DNA of 26,431 bases from a virus (taxonomy: Duplodnaviria; Caudoviricetes). Made by a program: the position numbers and the translations under genes. Numbering within the stretch: position 1 is the stretch's first letter; the number at the start of each line of letters is the position of its first letter. The stretch is from positions 1 through 26,431 of the IMG/VR virus record IMGVR_UViG_3300044670_000849; one strand, 5' to 3'. This document shows, one piece after another, positions 16,036-23,896 of this stretch. A model generated the notes under the pieces. That model saw only the letters and a list, made by a program, of their open reading frames with translations, was not told where the DNA came from and did no database searches.

Positions 16036-17846
16036 TGGAATTAATACAACTCAACCAATACGAAGAGCGATCCTATCGGGAGACAGCTAACAAGATGGGC
16101 TTCGTGAATTACGGAGACGACAACCTCTTTCCTCAATACCTCGTCGACCTCTATCATTCGTCCGCTACTCACAACGCATTGTCGACAACTATCGCGATGA
16201 TGATATTCGGGGAAGGCTTCGACGCCACGACCCTCGATGGAAGGCTTGCTTTTGACCAATGGAATCTGAACGACGAACTCCGAAAGGCTTGTCTGGATTT
16301 CAAGATTCAAGGCGGGTTCGCTCTCGAAGTGAATTGGAGCATCGACCGAACCACAATCGCCAACGTCTCCCACCTCCCGTTTGAGAATATCCGCTCGGGC
16401 TTCGTCAATGAAGATGAGAAGGTTGAGTATTACTATTATTCAAAGGACTGGAACGATAAGCGCGAAGAGCCTTCGGAGATATGCACCTTCAACCCTGAGA
16501 GGAATGTCGAACACCCGACACAGATACTTTATGTAAAGCCGTTCTCTCCAGGGTCGTTCTACTATCCGAAACCCGATTATGTTGGCTCGATTAATTACAT
16601 CGAACTCGATAAGGAGATAGGGGTCTATCATATCAACAATATGAAGAACGGGATGAGTCCTTCGTTCTCCATCCACTTCAAGAACGGCATCCCACCGCAA
16701 GAGGAACGAAACCGAATCCGAATGGATATCGAAAGACAACTCAGCGGGGCGAGTAATGCGGGGAAGTTCATTGTGACTTATTCGGACGATCCCGATAGAA
16801 AGCCCGACTTCGAGCCGTTCCAATTGTCGGACGCTCACAATCAATATCAATTCCTCTCGGAAGAAGTTACTTCGAAGATTATGGTCGGACACCGTGTCAC
16901 CTCTCCTCAGATGTTCGGGGTAGCGGTACCGGGAAAGCTTGGAGGCGGTGGAGAGCTTGAGACAAGCGCGGAACTCTTTGAAGAGAATGTCATCTCAGGC
17001 TATCGCGAGGTAGTCATTGAGTCGGTTTATACGCTCATGCGAGCCGCAGGAATCGACGCGAAGGTTGAGCCACTTGGAGCAGCCGTCGAAGAAGCCAACG
17101 TCGAACAATCATATACAGGTATTCAAATCAGTTCAGCGGTTGACGTTATCTCGAAAGTCACAACCGGAGAACTCACTCGCGACCAAGCTATTCAAATCCT
17201 CGTTTCGATGCTTGGCTTTGGGTTGGAACAGGCTGAGAATATGTTCGCGACCGACTTACAACTCTCAAAGGAAGAGCCGCAAGAAGTGAACCTCGATGGA
17301 TGCGTCGACTACCTCACCGACAAAGGCGAAGAGATGTCGGATGAATGGGAGTTGATAGATGAATCTCCCGTCGATTACGACCTTGAGAAAGCACGTGACG
17401 CGATGTGGGCATTTGCTCGGGTTCCTTCATCGAATCCCAACGGCAAGAGCGAACAAGATACCGAGATTATCAAGGTTCGTTATACGTATGCTCCGAAGTC
17501 CACGCAAGAGAGTTCCCGCGACTTCTGTAAAAAGATGGTTGCCGCTGGTAAAGTCTACCGCAAGGAAGACATCGAAGCTGCTAGTTTACGCGCGGTGAAT
17601 CCGGGCTTTGGTGAGGGTGGGTCAAACACATACGATTTGTTCCTTTTTAAAGGCGGGGCGAGGTGCCACCATTACTTCAGCCGTCAAACATATTTAAGGA
17701 AGAACAACAAGAAGATATCTGTCAACCAAGCGAAGAAACTCATCCGAGAAGCGGGAGTCGATGCGAAGCGATTACCCGAGAACGATAAGCGAGTTGCACA
17801 ACGTCCCGTCGATATGCCGAATGAAGGCTTCATAAACCCCCGATAA
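16035..17846 (+). CDS. Portal protein with C-terminal head-morphogenesis (MuF-like) extension
   Basis: YG.DNLFP, S.THNA, YYP.PDY, NG..PS, G..NAGK, GHRVTSP..FG; C-terminus has SRDFC and KGG..CHH. Confidence 0.85.
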   Translation: MELIQLNQYEERSYRETANKMGFVNYGDDNLFPQYLVDLYHSSATHNALSTTIAMMIFGEGFDATTLDGRLAFDQWNLNDELRKACLDFKIQGGFALEVNWSIDRTTIANVSHLPFENIRSGFVNEDEKVEYYYYSKDWNDKREEPSEICTFNPERNVEHPTQILYVKPFSPGSFYYPKPDYVGSINYIELDKEIGVYHINNMKNGMSPSFSIHFKNGIPPQEERNRIRMDIERQLSGASNAGKFIVTYSDDPDRKPDFEPFQLSDAHNQYQFLSEEVTSKIMVGHRVTSPQMFGVAVPGKLGGGGELETSAELFEENVISGYREVVIESVYTLMRAAGIDAKVEPLGAAVEEANVEQSYTGIQISSAVDVISKVTTGELTRDQAIQILVSMLGFGLEQAENMFATDLQLSKEEPQEVNLDGCVDYLTDKGEEMSDEWELIDESPVDYDLEKARDAMWAFARVPSSNPNGKSEQDTEIIKVRYTYAPKSTQESSRDFCKKMVAAGKVYRKEDIEAASLRAVNPGFGEGGSNTYDLFLFKGGARCHHYFSRQTYLRKNNKKISVNQAKKLIREAGVDAKRLPENDKRVAQRPVDMPNEGFINPR

Positions 17847-18406
17847 TGTCACTACAAGCAGAAGTCCTTTTCGTGAATCCGGACTATATCAAGCGGATCA
17901 CCAACATAAACGGAAGCATCGAAGACGCTTACCTCGTTCCTTCGATTATCCTCTCCCAAGACAAGTACATTCAACTCTATCTCGGTACCGACCTTCTCGA
18001 GAAGCTGAAGACCGATATCTCGGGCGGTGGTTTGACGGGCGATTACGCTACTCTAATGAATGACTACGTTCGAAAAGCCACCCTTTGGTGGACGATGGTT
18101 GAGCTTATCCCCTCTCTTTATGTCAAGATGGACAACGGCTCGCTCGTTTTAAGGGTATCTGAAGGCACTCAAACCATATCACCGGATGACTTACACCGCG
18201 AAGTAGAAAGAGCGCGTCAGAACGCCCAATTTTACACGTACCGAATGTATCAATATCTCTGCAACAACTCCTCTCTCTTCCCCGAGTACAGTTCAAACAC
18301 GGGTGCGGATATGCTCCCACAACCAGCGGACTACTTCCAGAGCGGAATGAGCATCAGCAGCGGAGGCGTTCCCAATATCGTAGACCTCAAGCAATTCTTC
18401 GGATGA
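17846..18406 (+). CDS. Head-tail adaptor/connector protein
   Basis: 186 aa, AQD-like SQDKYI...LGT.L and FPEY motifs; immediately after the portal. Confidence 0.6.
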   Translation: MSLQAEVLFVNPDYIKRITNINGSIEDAYLVPSIILSQDKYIQLYLGTDLLEKLKTDISGGGLTGDYATLMNDYVRKATLWWTMVELIPSLYVKMDNGSLVLRVSEGTQTISPDDLHREVERARQNAQFYTYRMYQYLCNNSSLFPEYSSNTGADMLPQPADYFQSGMSISSGGVPNIVDLKQFFG

Positions 18407-18531
18407 GAAAGAGCCGAAAAGAAAACATCACCTTATTGAAAAAGTTCCTCGATGACCTCGACCGAAATAATACTAATGATACTCCCAAGCGCGGTCGCGA
18501 TCGTGGGAGTTTGGGTAAACCTAAACCGTGA
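18403..18531 (+). CDS. 42-aa basic peptide (not in ORF track)
   Basis: MRKSRKENITLLKKFLDDLDRNNTNDTPKRGRDRGSLGKPKP*; ATGA-coupled to the adaptor but overlaps the next gene. Confidence 0.4.
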   Translation: MRKSRKENITLLKKFLDDLDRNNTNDTPKRGRDRGSLGKPKP

Positions 18532-18652
18532 AATTGAGAAGCTCAAGGGGCGAATTATCCGCGTGGAGAGCGATAAAGACGAACTCAAAGACATGATGAA
18601 AGAAGTCGTGAAGGCAGTTCACAAGATCGAACTCATGCTCGCGGAACGATGA
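18452..18652 (+). CDS. Single-TM holin-like protein
   Basis: N-terminal TM helix plus coiled coil, ATGA-coupled to the endolysin. Confidence 0.55.
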   Translation: MTSTEIILMILPSAVAIVGVWVNLNREIEKLKGRIIRVESDKDELKDMMKEVVKAVHKIELMLAER

Positions 18653-19020
18653 GACACTTCAAACTGAGAGAATTCGATTCTCCCGACGCTCCCGGCTCGG
18701 GGCGTATGATGGACAGGGGCTTTCTTCGGTTGCTCGATGAAGCTCGGGATTGTGCTTCCATTCCGTTTGTAATTTCTTCGGGCTTTCGCACGGTCGATTA
18801 CAACCGCTCCCTCATTGCCAAAGGTTTACCCGCTTCCCGTAACTCCTCGCACCTCTTAGGACTTGCCGCAGATATCGAAGTCCTCAATTCTCAAGACCGT
18901 TTTATCATCATTGACTCGTTGATGGAAGTCGGCATCACCCGGTTGGGCATAGGCAAGAATTTCATACACTGCGATATTGACGAGATGAAACCCGAAAACC
19001 GAATCTGGACATATGCATGA
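18649..19020 (+). CDS. Endolysin, peptidase M15A family
   Basis: HF...EF, SGFR...N, SSH..G.AADI and HCD Zn-peptidase motifs. Confidence 0.9.
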   Translation: MRHFKLREFDSPDAPGSGRMMDRGFLRLLDEARDCASIPFVISSGFRTVDYNRSLIAKGLPASRNSSHLLGLAADIEVLNSQDRFIIIDSLMEVGITRLGIGKNFIHCDIDEMKPENRIWTYA

Positions 19021-19861
19021 TTTAATAACCAAAGACCGAGATATTCACGTCCTCCCGTTCGAGTTCGAGAATGCCGAAGACGTGCGAAGTGTTTACCTGC
19101 TTTCAGATATTCACTTCGATTCTGTAAAGTGCGACCGCAAACTCTTATTTAAACACCTCGATAGAGCGAAAGAAGAGAACGCGGTTGTTTTGATTCTGGG
19201 GGATTTATACGACCTCATGAATATGAAGTTCGATCCGCGCGGCTCTTACGACTCCCTGCGACCAGAACTCAAAGCCATGGCTTATATCGATGAGGTTATC
19301 AAGGACTGCACCGATAAGCTCGAACCGTACAAGGATATTATCAAACTCATCGGACAGGGTAACCACGAGACCAATATCACCAAACGACATGGGGTTGATC
19401 CTATCCAACGAACGGTGGGCATCCTAAACGCCAACGGGGGGAATATCATCGCGGGTTATTATGCGGGCTGGGTTGTTCTGAAGTGCAGCCGTAACGGAAA
19501 GGGAGGGCGAAAGAGTTTCCCGATACATTACCATCACGGGTACGGAGGCAATGCGAAACGCTCGAAGGGTGTTTTGAATGTCGATATTGATATGAAGGAT
19601 TATCCGCAGGCGGTTATCATTGCACGCGGTCATACTCATCAGAAATGGTATGTCCCCGTTATGCGCGACGTACTCACCTCGAACTTCAATCACGGACAAG
19701 AGACGGTTCACGTAGTTCAAACGGGATCATACAAGAAGAAAGACCGTTCTATCGGGTGGGAAGTTGAGAAGGGCTTCTCGGTACCTCGGTTGGGCGGTTG
19801 GAAGTTTTCAATCAAACCCTTCGGACAATCATACGACATCCAATGCGAGGAACTCCACTAA
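19013..19861 (+). CDS. Calcineurin-like metallophosphoesterase
   Basis: SDIH, GDLYD, GNHE, HHG and GHTH motifs. Confidence 0.9.
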   Translation: MHDLITKDRDIHVLPFEFENAEDVRSVYLLSDIHFDSVKCDRKLLFKHLDRAKEENAVVLILGDLYDLMNMKFDPRGSYDSLRPELKAMAYIDEVIKDCTDKLEPYKDIIKLIGQGNHETNITKRHGVDPIQRTVGILNANGGNIIAGYYAGWVVLKCSRNGKGGRKSFPIHYHHGYGGNAKRSKGVLNVDIDMKDYPQAVIIARGHTHQKWYVPVMRDVLTSNFNHGQETVHVVQTGSYKKKDRSIGWEVEKGFSVPRLGGWKFSIKPFGQSYDIQCEELH

Positions 19862-20271
19862 AAGAAACAAAGCTCGGACAATGGTTCAAAACAAAAGCAC
19901 CGAAGGTATTCGACCTCATCGGGGAGATTGTCCCAGGTGCGGACGCTCTGAAGGCGATAAGTGCTCTAATCGACAACACCGAAACCAGCAACGAAGAAAA
20001 GATAAAAGCAAAGCTCTTGATGGAAGAGATAGCAAGTGCGGACAGAGCGAACGCAAGGAACCGGGAGATTGAAATAACGAAGAGTCTCGGTCAGAGGGAT
20101 TGGATGCAAGTCTTTGTCGGTTCGGCTGCTATGATTATCGGAATCGTCATGGTGGTTTGGGCGAAGACCGGGGTTGAGGACAAAGAAATCTTCTTTCACA
20201 TCTTGGGGTTTGCGGAAGGGACGCTTGTTGGGCAGGTCGTGAATTATTATTTCGGTTCTGCGAAAAAGTAG
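19843..20271 (+). CDS. Holin with C-terminal TM helices
   Basis: Likely start ATG at 19843; AR.RE motif, two hydrophobic helices, ends YYFGSAKK. Confidence 0.7.
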   Translation: MRGTPLKETKLGQWFKTKAPKVFDLIGEIVPGADALKAISALIDNTETSNEEKIKAKLLMEEIASADRANARNREIEITKSLGQRDWMQVFVGSAAMIIGIVMVVWAKTGVEDKEIFFHILGFAEGTLVGQVVNYYFGSAKK

Positions 20272-20278
20272 TATCTTC

Positions 20279-20359
20279 GAGTTCTGTTTTGTTAGGGTAT
20301 ATACACCCAGTGTTACGTTTGTAGGGAGGGAGGCTCAACGGGGCTTCCCTCTTTTTTTT
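20279..20359 (+). ncRNA. Candidate small RNA or 3' UTR-derived sRNA
   Basis: U-rich segment, GGGT-ATATAC-ACCC hairpin, second U-rich segment, terminator; complementary to 5' regions of several early genes. Confidence 0.35.
20326..20359 (+). terminator. Rho-independent terminator ending the late/lysis transcript
   Basis: GAGGGAGGCTC-AACG-GGGCTTCCCTC followed by T8. Confidence 0.9.
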
Positions 20360-20391
20360 ACGTAAAAAATAAAAATAATTTGCTTTTGTGC

Positions 20392-20425
20392 TTGGATAAC
20401 GAAAAAAGTTTTGTAATTTAGCCAC
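20392..20425 (+). promoter_or_regulatory. Early promoter, Bacteroidota type (TTG-N19-TAATTTAG)
   Basis: TTGGATAACGAAAAAAGTTTTGTAATTTAGCCAC-ATG; upstream A-tracts; near copy of 1343-1376. Confidence 0.7.
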
Positions 20426-20569
20426 ATGAACGACAACAAGCAAACAGAACTCAAGCAAGCGTGGCTCACCTTGCATGACCTCCGACAGGAGCAACCCACA
20501 AGCCATCGTCTCACACGTACCGCGCTTAAAATGGCGATGGATATCGTACAAGAAAACATCGACTTATGA
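20426..20569 (+). CDS. 47-aa first early protein (not in ORF track)
   Basis: MNDNKQTELKQAWLTLHDLRQEQPTSHRLTRTALKMAMDIVQENIDL*; ATGA-coupled to the next gene. Confidence 0.7.
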   Translation: MNDNKQTELKQAWLTLHDLRQEQPTSHRLTRTALKMAMDIVQENIDL

Positions 20570-20850
20570 GCCACAGTCAAGAAGAGAATTGGGTCACGGG
20601 TAAGACGCATACGCGCTCCGCATCCGCTTACCGCACTTCGATATGGACTCCCGTCAACCACGAAGATTTTTACAAGAATCGACAGAAGTATATTGACGCG
20701 GGATGGCAATCCTATTGCTGGACGAAGGGCGCGGAAGGGTACGACAAGTATTTTGTTTCCAAATTACCGAAGGACGAGTTCGAACATCTCTTGATGGTCG
20801 AGAAGAAGTATGCATATTACACCCTGTTTTTTCACATCGATGAAGATTAA
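20566..20850 (+). CDS. Hypothetical early protein
   Basis: 94-aa ORF, coupled to the upstream gene. Confidence 0.7.
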   Translation: MSHSQEENWVTGKTHTRSASAYRTSIWTPVNHEDFYKNRQKYIDAGWQSYCWTKGAEGYDKYFVSKLPKDEFEHLLMVEKKYAYYTLFFHIDED

Positions 20851-20860
20851 ACCTTTCAAA

Positions 20861-21040
20861 ATGGACGAGATTAAAGAAGACGTGCTCAAGTATTGGGATT
20901 GGGCGCAAGAAGAATTTAAAGGCGAGGATATAGACCGCCTCCGATTCGAAGTGGACTCAGCAGTTACAAACCTTAACAGATACATAAACAATGAATTCAG
21001 AAGAAAAGCAATGGGGAAGACCGATATGCGTTCGAAGTAG
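20861..21040 (+). CDS. Hypothetical early protein
   Basis: MDEIKEDVLKYWDWAQEEFKG...; A-rich leader before ATG 20861 (alternative start 20840). Confidence 0.6.
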   Translation: MDEIKEDVLKYWDWAQEEFKGEDIDRLRFEVDSAVTNLNRYINNEFRRKAMGKTDMRSK

Positions 21041-21164
21041 CGTAAACGTAAACCCCGCGAAGGATTTCAATGACTTCGCAAACAACCTCCGAGATGAAGA
21101 CGCGGAATTCGACCGCCTCATCTCTCAACTTAAAGAATCCATCCGCAGAGCGCGGACGAAATAA
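20991..21164 (+). CDS. 57-aa hypothetical protein (not in ORF track)
   Basis: MNSEEKQWGRPICVRSSVNVNPAKDFNDFANNLRDEDAEFDRLISQLKESIRRARTK*; fills the gap before the SSB gene. Confidence 0.6.
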   Translation: MNSEEKQWGRPICVRSSVNVNPAKDFNDFANNLRDEDAEFDRLISQLKESIRRARTK

Positions 21165-21183
21165 ATCCCTAAAACCAAAGAAA

Positions 21184-21558
21184 ATGGGACAATCTAAAAT
21201 CAAGACCATTCAACCGAATGGCACCTATGACAGCCAAAACGGCTTGATGTACAAGTTCGAAATCCAACTCGAATCCGGAGACAGCGGAGAGGTATCGGCA
21301 AAGAGCCAAGACCGCTGGAGCGTTGGAGACGAAGTAGAATTCGAAGTCACCCCGTCAAAGTGGGGCGACCGAATGAAACTGACGAAGCCGGGGTTCACCC
21401 CGAATCAATCGAAGGCAAACAACCCTGACATTCAAAAGAGGATCGACGCAAGTTGGGCAATCGGTCTCGCGCTCAAGGAAGAGAGCGACCCGGAGAAGAT
21501 TCTCGAAGCGGCTGAGTTCCTTTTGTCCATCCGTTCAACCCTTATCTCGAAGCTATGA
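21184..21558 (+). CDS. Putative single-stranded DNA-binding protein (OB-fold-like)
   Basis: ATG at 21184 with A-rich leader; beta-rich N-terminus (YKFEIQLESGDSG...VGDEVEFEV). Confidence 0.5.
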   Translation: MGQSKIKTIQPNGTYDSQNGLMYKFEIQLESGDSGEVSAKSQDRWSVGDEVEFEVTPSKWGDRMKLTKPGFTPNQSKANNPDIQKRIDASWAIGLALKEESDPEKILEAAEFLLSIRSTLISKL

Positions 21559-21881
21559 AGAGTAAGCGATACACAACAGCGGAGGAACGCTTGCTCGTTA
21601 AGATGGTCAATGACCACCTCGGGGCAACGGGTCAGGTTCAATGGCGGAATATGGGACAGCTTATCGGACGCGATACGAAATCCATGCAGAACCATTGGCA
21701 AGCAATCAAGAAGGATTATCGCTATAACGGCACCCGGTACATTTTAAGGGGTCAAACGCTCTTCGATGCGCCTCAGCTACCCAAGAAGAAAGATAAGCCA
21801 AAGACGACCCCTCTAAATAAGCGAGTGAAGGTATCTCGCTCTTTTCTCTGGGGTGCTGTAAAGGTTACGCGCTATGAATAA
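21555..21881 (+). CDS. Myb/SANT-like HTH protein
   Basis: RYTTAEERLL..MV...G...W..MG..IGR...S...HW pattern. Confidence 0.55.
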   Translation: MKSKRYTTAEERLLVKMVNDHLGATGQVQWRNMGQLIGRDTKSMQNHWQAIKKDYRYNGTRYILRGQTLFDAPQLPKKKDKPKTTPLNKRVKVSRSFLWGAVKVTRYE

Positions 21882-22089
21882 TATCAAACTATTTCTCATC
21901 CGCAACTACGGATCGACATTGAACGCGGCTCAAACTCTCGACGTGACACCGAACACCGTTCGCAATTGGTGCGGGCGTATGCCTCGGAATATCCTCAAGC
22001 ACCTCCCGGAGATATCGGAAACGTGCGGAGCGACATACGCGGAGATCGTCGAAGAGGTTTTGTTGTGTGAAAGGGAAGGCATTGAATGA
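21874..22089 (+). CDS. Cro-like HTH transcriptional regulator
   Basis: YGS...AAQTLDVTPNTVRNW. Confidence 0.65.
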   Translation: MNNIKLFLIRNYGSTLNAAQTLDVTPNTVRNWCGRMPRNILKHLPEISETCGATYAEIVEEVLLCEREGIE

Positions 22090-22116
22090 AAATTATTTCA
22101 TTATAACTTTGCCACA
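22082..22116 (+). promoter_or_regulatory. Consensus Bacteroidota promoter TTG-N19-TAACTTTG
   Basis: TTG at 22082-84, TAACTTTG at 22104-11, ATG 5 nt later. Confidence 0.75.
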
Positions 22117-22788
22117 ATGAACGGAATATGGATACCCCAGGAGATTTGGTTGCTGGACGACCTCTCTCCCATGCAAAGAATTCTCCTCTCTAAAATTCAC
22201 GCGCTCAGTCACAAAGACGGGTCGTGTTGGGCGGGAGATGATTTCCTCGCTGAGTCTCTTGGGGTCTCTTCTCAATATGTGCGGAAGATGCGCAAGGAAC
22301 TTTGCGAGACTGCACACATCAAATGTGAAGGGTATGGTTACCGAAGGAAGATGACTGTACTTGTAGAAGCAACTATCGGAACAAGCAACGATAGGAACAA
22401 GCAACAATCGTTGCAAGAAGAAGCAACTATCGGCGCAAAAGTTGCAACTACTGTTGCAAAAGTTGCAACTACAGTTGCGCAGAGTAAAGAGAAGAGTATA
22501 GATAAGAGTAAAGAGTTAGTAAAGAGAGTGCGTTTCCAAGAGCCAAGTTTGGAAGAAGCGATGGAATCGTTCGAACTTGCGGGATCATCTCGCGACGAAG
22601 GCGAGAAATTTTGGAACTACTACGAATCAAACGGATGGAAAGCCGGCAGAAATAAGATGAAGAATTGGAATGCTGCCGCACGTAACTGGATAAAACGAAG
22701 CAATGAATTTACAACAAACAAAACAGCAGCTCCAAAGCAACCAAGCAAAGACCAGCTTGCAGCATATCTCAAGCACGGGCATTTATAA
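22117..22788 (+). CDS. Replication initiator (N-terminal wHTH, functionally lambda O-like)
   Basis: GIWIP.EIW...LS...C.A...LA..LGVS wHTH; internal iterons; C-terminal FWNYYESNGW......KNW.AA.RNW. Confidence 0.8.
   Translation: MNGIWIPQEIWLLDDLSPMQRILLSKIHALSHKDGSCWAGDDFLAESLGVSSQYVRKMRKELCETAHIKCEGYGYRRKMTVLVEATIGTSNDRNKQQSLQEEATIGAKVATTVAKVATTVAQSKEKSIDKSKELVKRVRFQEPSLEEAMESFELAGSSRDEGEKFWNYYESNGWKAGRNKMKNWNAAARNWIKRSNEFTTNKTAAPKQPSKDQLAAYLKHGHL
22365..22528. repeat. Putative origin of replication: iterons plus purine-rich 12-mers
   Basis: Six GCAAC-N4-G(T/G)NNC units at 22369, 22385, 22401, 22423, 22444 and 22465, then four AGTA(A/T)AGA-core units at 22481-22528. Confidence 0.75.
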
Positions 22789-23254
22789 ACCCACGAACGA
22801 AGAAGCCTGGGCGGGTACAAATATCCTTACGAGCCTCAGACACCATCCCGAAGAGACTCGGGCGGCGGTCGTGACGATGATCAACAAGACGGTGGAATTC
22901 ATCGACGCAAAGAAGACCCTTCACTCATTCGAGGATATGGCACTTTGCGCAGAGACCATCTTCGAGGTGTTCCCGGTTTTGAAACTCGAGGAGCTTCGCT
23001 TAATTTGCGAAAGGATGAAACAAGGATATTACGGCAATTTCTACGAGCGTTTGAAGATACAGGAGTTCCGCGACTGCATCATCAAGCATGAAGAAGAACG
23101 CGCATCGATTCTTGAGCAACAACACAAGACGGTGACACGAGGAGCCGAAGACCCTACCAACGTCCCTGAGTACGATCCCGAACAAGCGAAGCTCGAATGG
23201 CGCATGAAGAATAACCCCTTCTTGATACCCGGAAAAAACGATACAAATGAATAA
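22703..23254 (+). CDS. Replication accessory protein, possible helicase loader
   Basis: 183 aa overlapping the initiator 3' end; assignment by position only. Confidence 0.5.
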   Translation: MNLQQTKQQLQSNQAKTSLQHISSTGIYKPTNEEAWAGTNILTSLRHHPEETRAAVVTMINKTVEFIDAKKTLHSFEDMALCAETIFEVFPVLKLEELRLICERMKQGYYGNFYERLKIQEFRDCIIKHEEERASILEQQHKTVTRGAEDPTNVPEYDPEQAKLEWRMKNNPFLIPGKNDTNE

Positions 23255-23498
23255 TTTTAAAAAGCTCATTGGTAAGAAATGCATCTACGTCAACGGCGAA
23301 TTCCAAACTATTGACGACTTCAATGCAATCGACTGCACAATAGAACACGTGGATTTAATTGTTGAGGACAAATGGCCTTATACAGCTTGCGTCATTGTCA
23401 AACTTGCACCGGTGCATTGGGATCATGTTGATTCAGCAACCCTTGAAGATATGCAAGATGGAGTCGGCTTGGAAAACATCGCTGACATTGAACAATGA
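23247..23498 (+). CDS. Hypothetical protein (AT-richer, acidic)
   Basis: 83-aa ORF overlapping both neighbours. Confidence 0.65.
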   Translation: MNNFKKLIGKKCIYVNGEFQTIDDFNAIDCTIEHVDLIVEDKWPYTACVIVKLAPVHWDHVDSATLEDMQDGVGLENIADIEQ

Positions 23499-23896
23499 CA
23501 GTAGCGAAAGCAAAGGCGAAGCTGGACAAGATATTCTCGCAATTCATCCGGCTGCGTGCGGTCAACGATGAAGGGTGGGGGGCTTGTTTTACTTGCGATC
23601 GCTTGCGCCATTACAAGAGTGCGGACGCTGGTCATTTTATGGTGCGGCAAAAGATGCCCACCCGATTCGATGAACTCAACGTTCAATTTCAATGTAAGGC
23701 TTGCAACGGATTCGAAGGGGGAGCACAATACGAATTCGCGAAACGTCTCGACGAACTACACGGAGAAGGGACAGCGGATCGCCTTGTTCGGTTGAGCAAC
23801 GAAACGAAGCGATTCAGCGTTCACGAATTGGAGGCACTTTACAAAACATACAAAGAGAAGGTCGATGAACTCAGGAAATCGAAAGGGTTGGAATAG
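23495..23896 (+). CDS. ninG: NinG/Rap-family endonuclease
   Basis: LD..FS.FIRLR, CFTC, DAGHF, RFDE.NV..QC..CN. Confidence 0.85.
   Translation: MTVAKAKAKLDKIFSQFIRLRAVNDEGWGACFTCDRLRHYKSADAGHFMVRQKMPTRFDELNVQFQCKACNGFEGGAQYEFAKRLDELHGEGTADRLVRLSNETKRFSVHELEALYKTYKEKVDELRKSKGLE

Noticed and set aside
20272-22116. Lysogeny module (integrase, repressor, attP)
   Set aside because: There is no recombinase and no divergently transcribed repressor; all genes are co-oriented.
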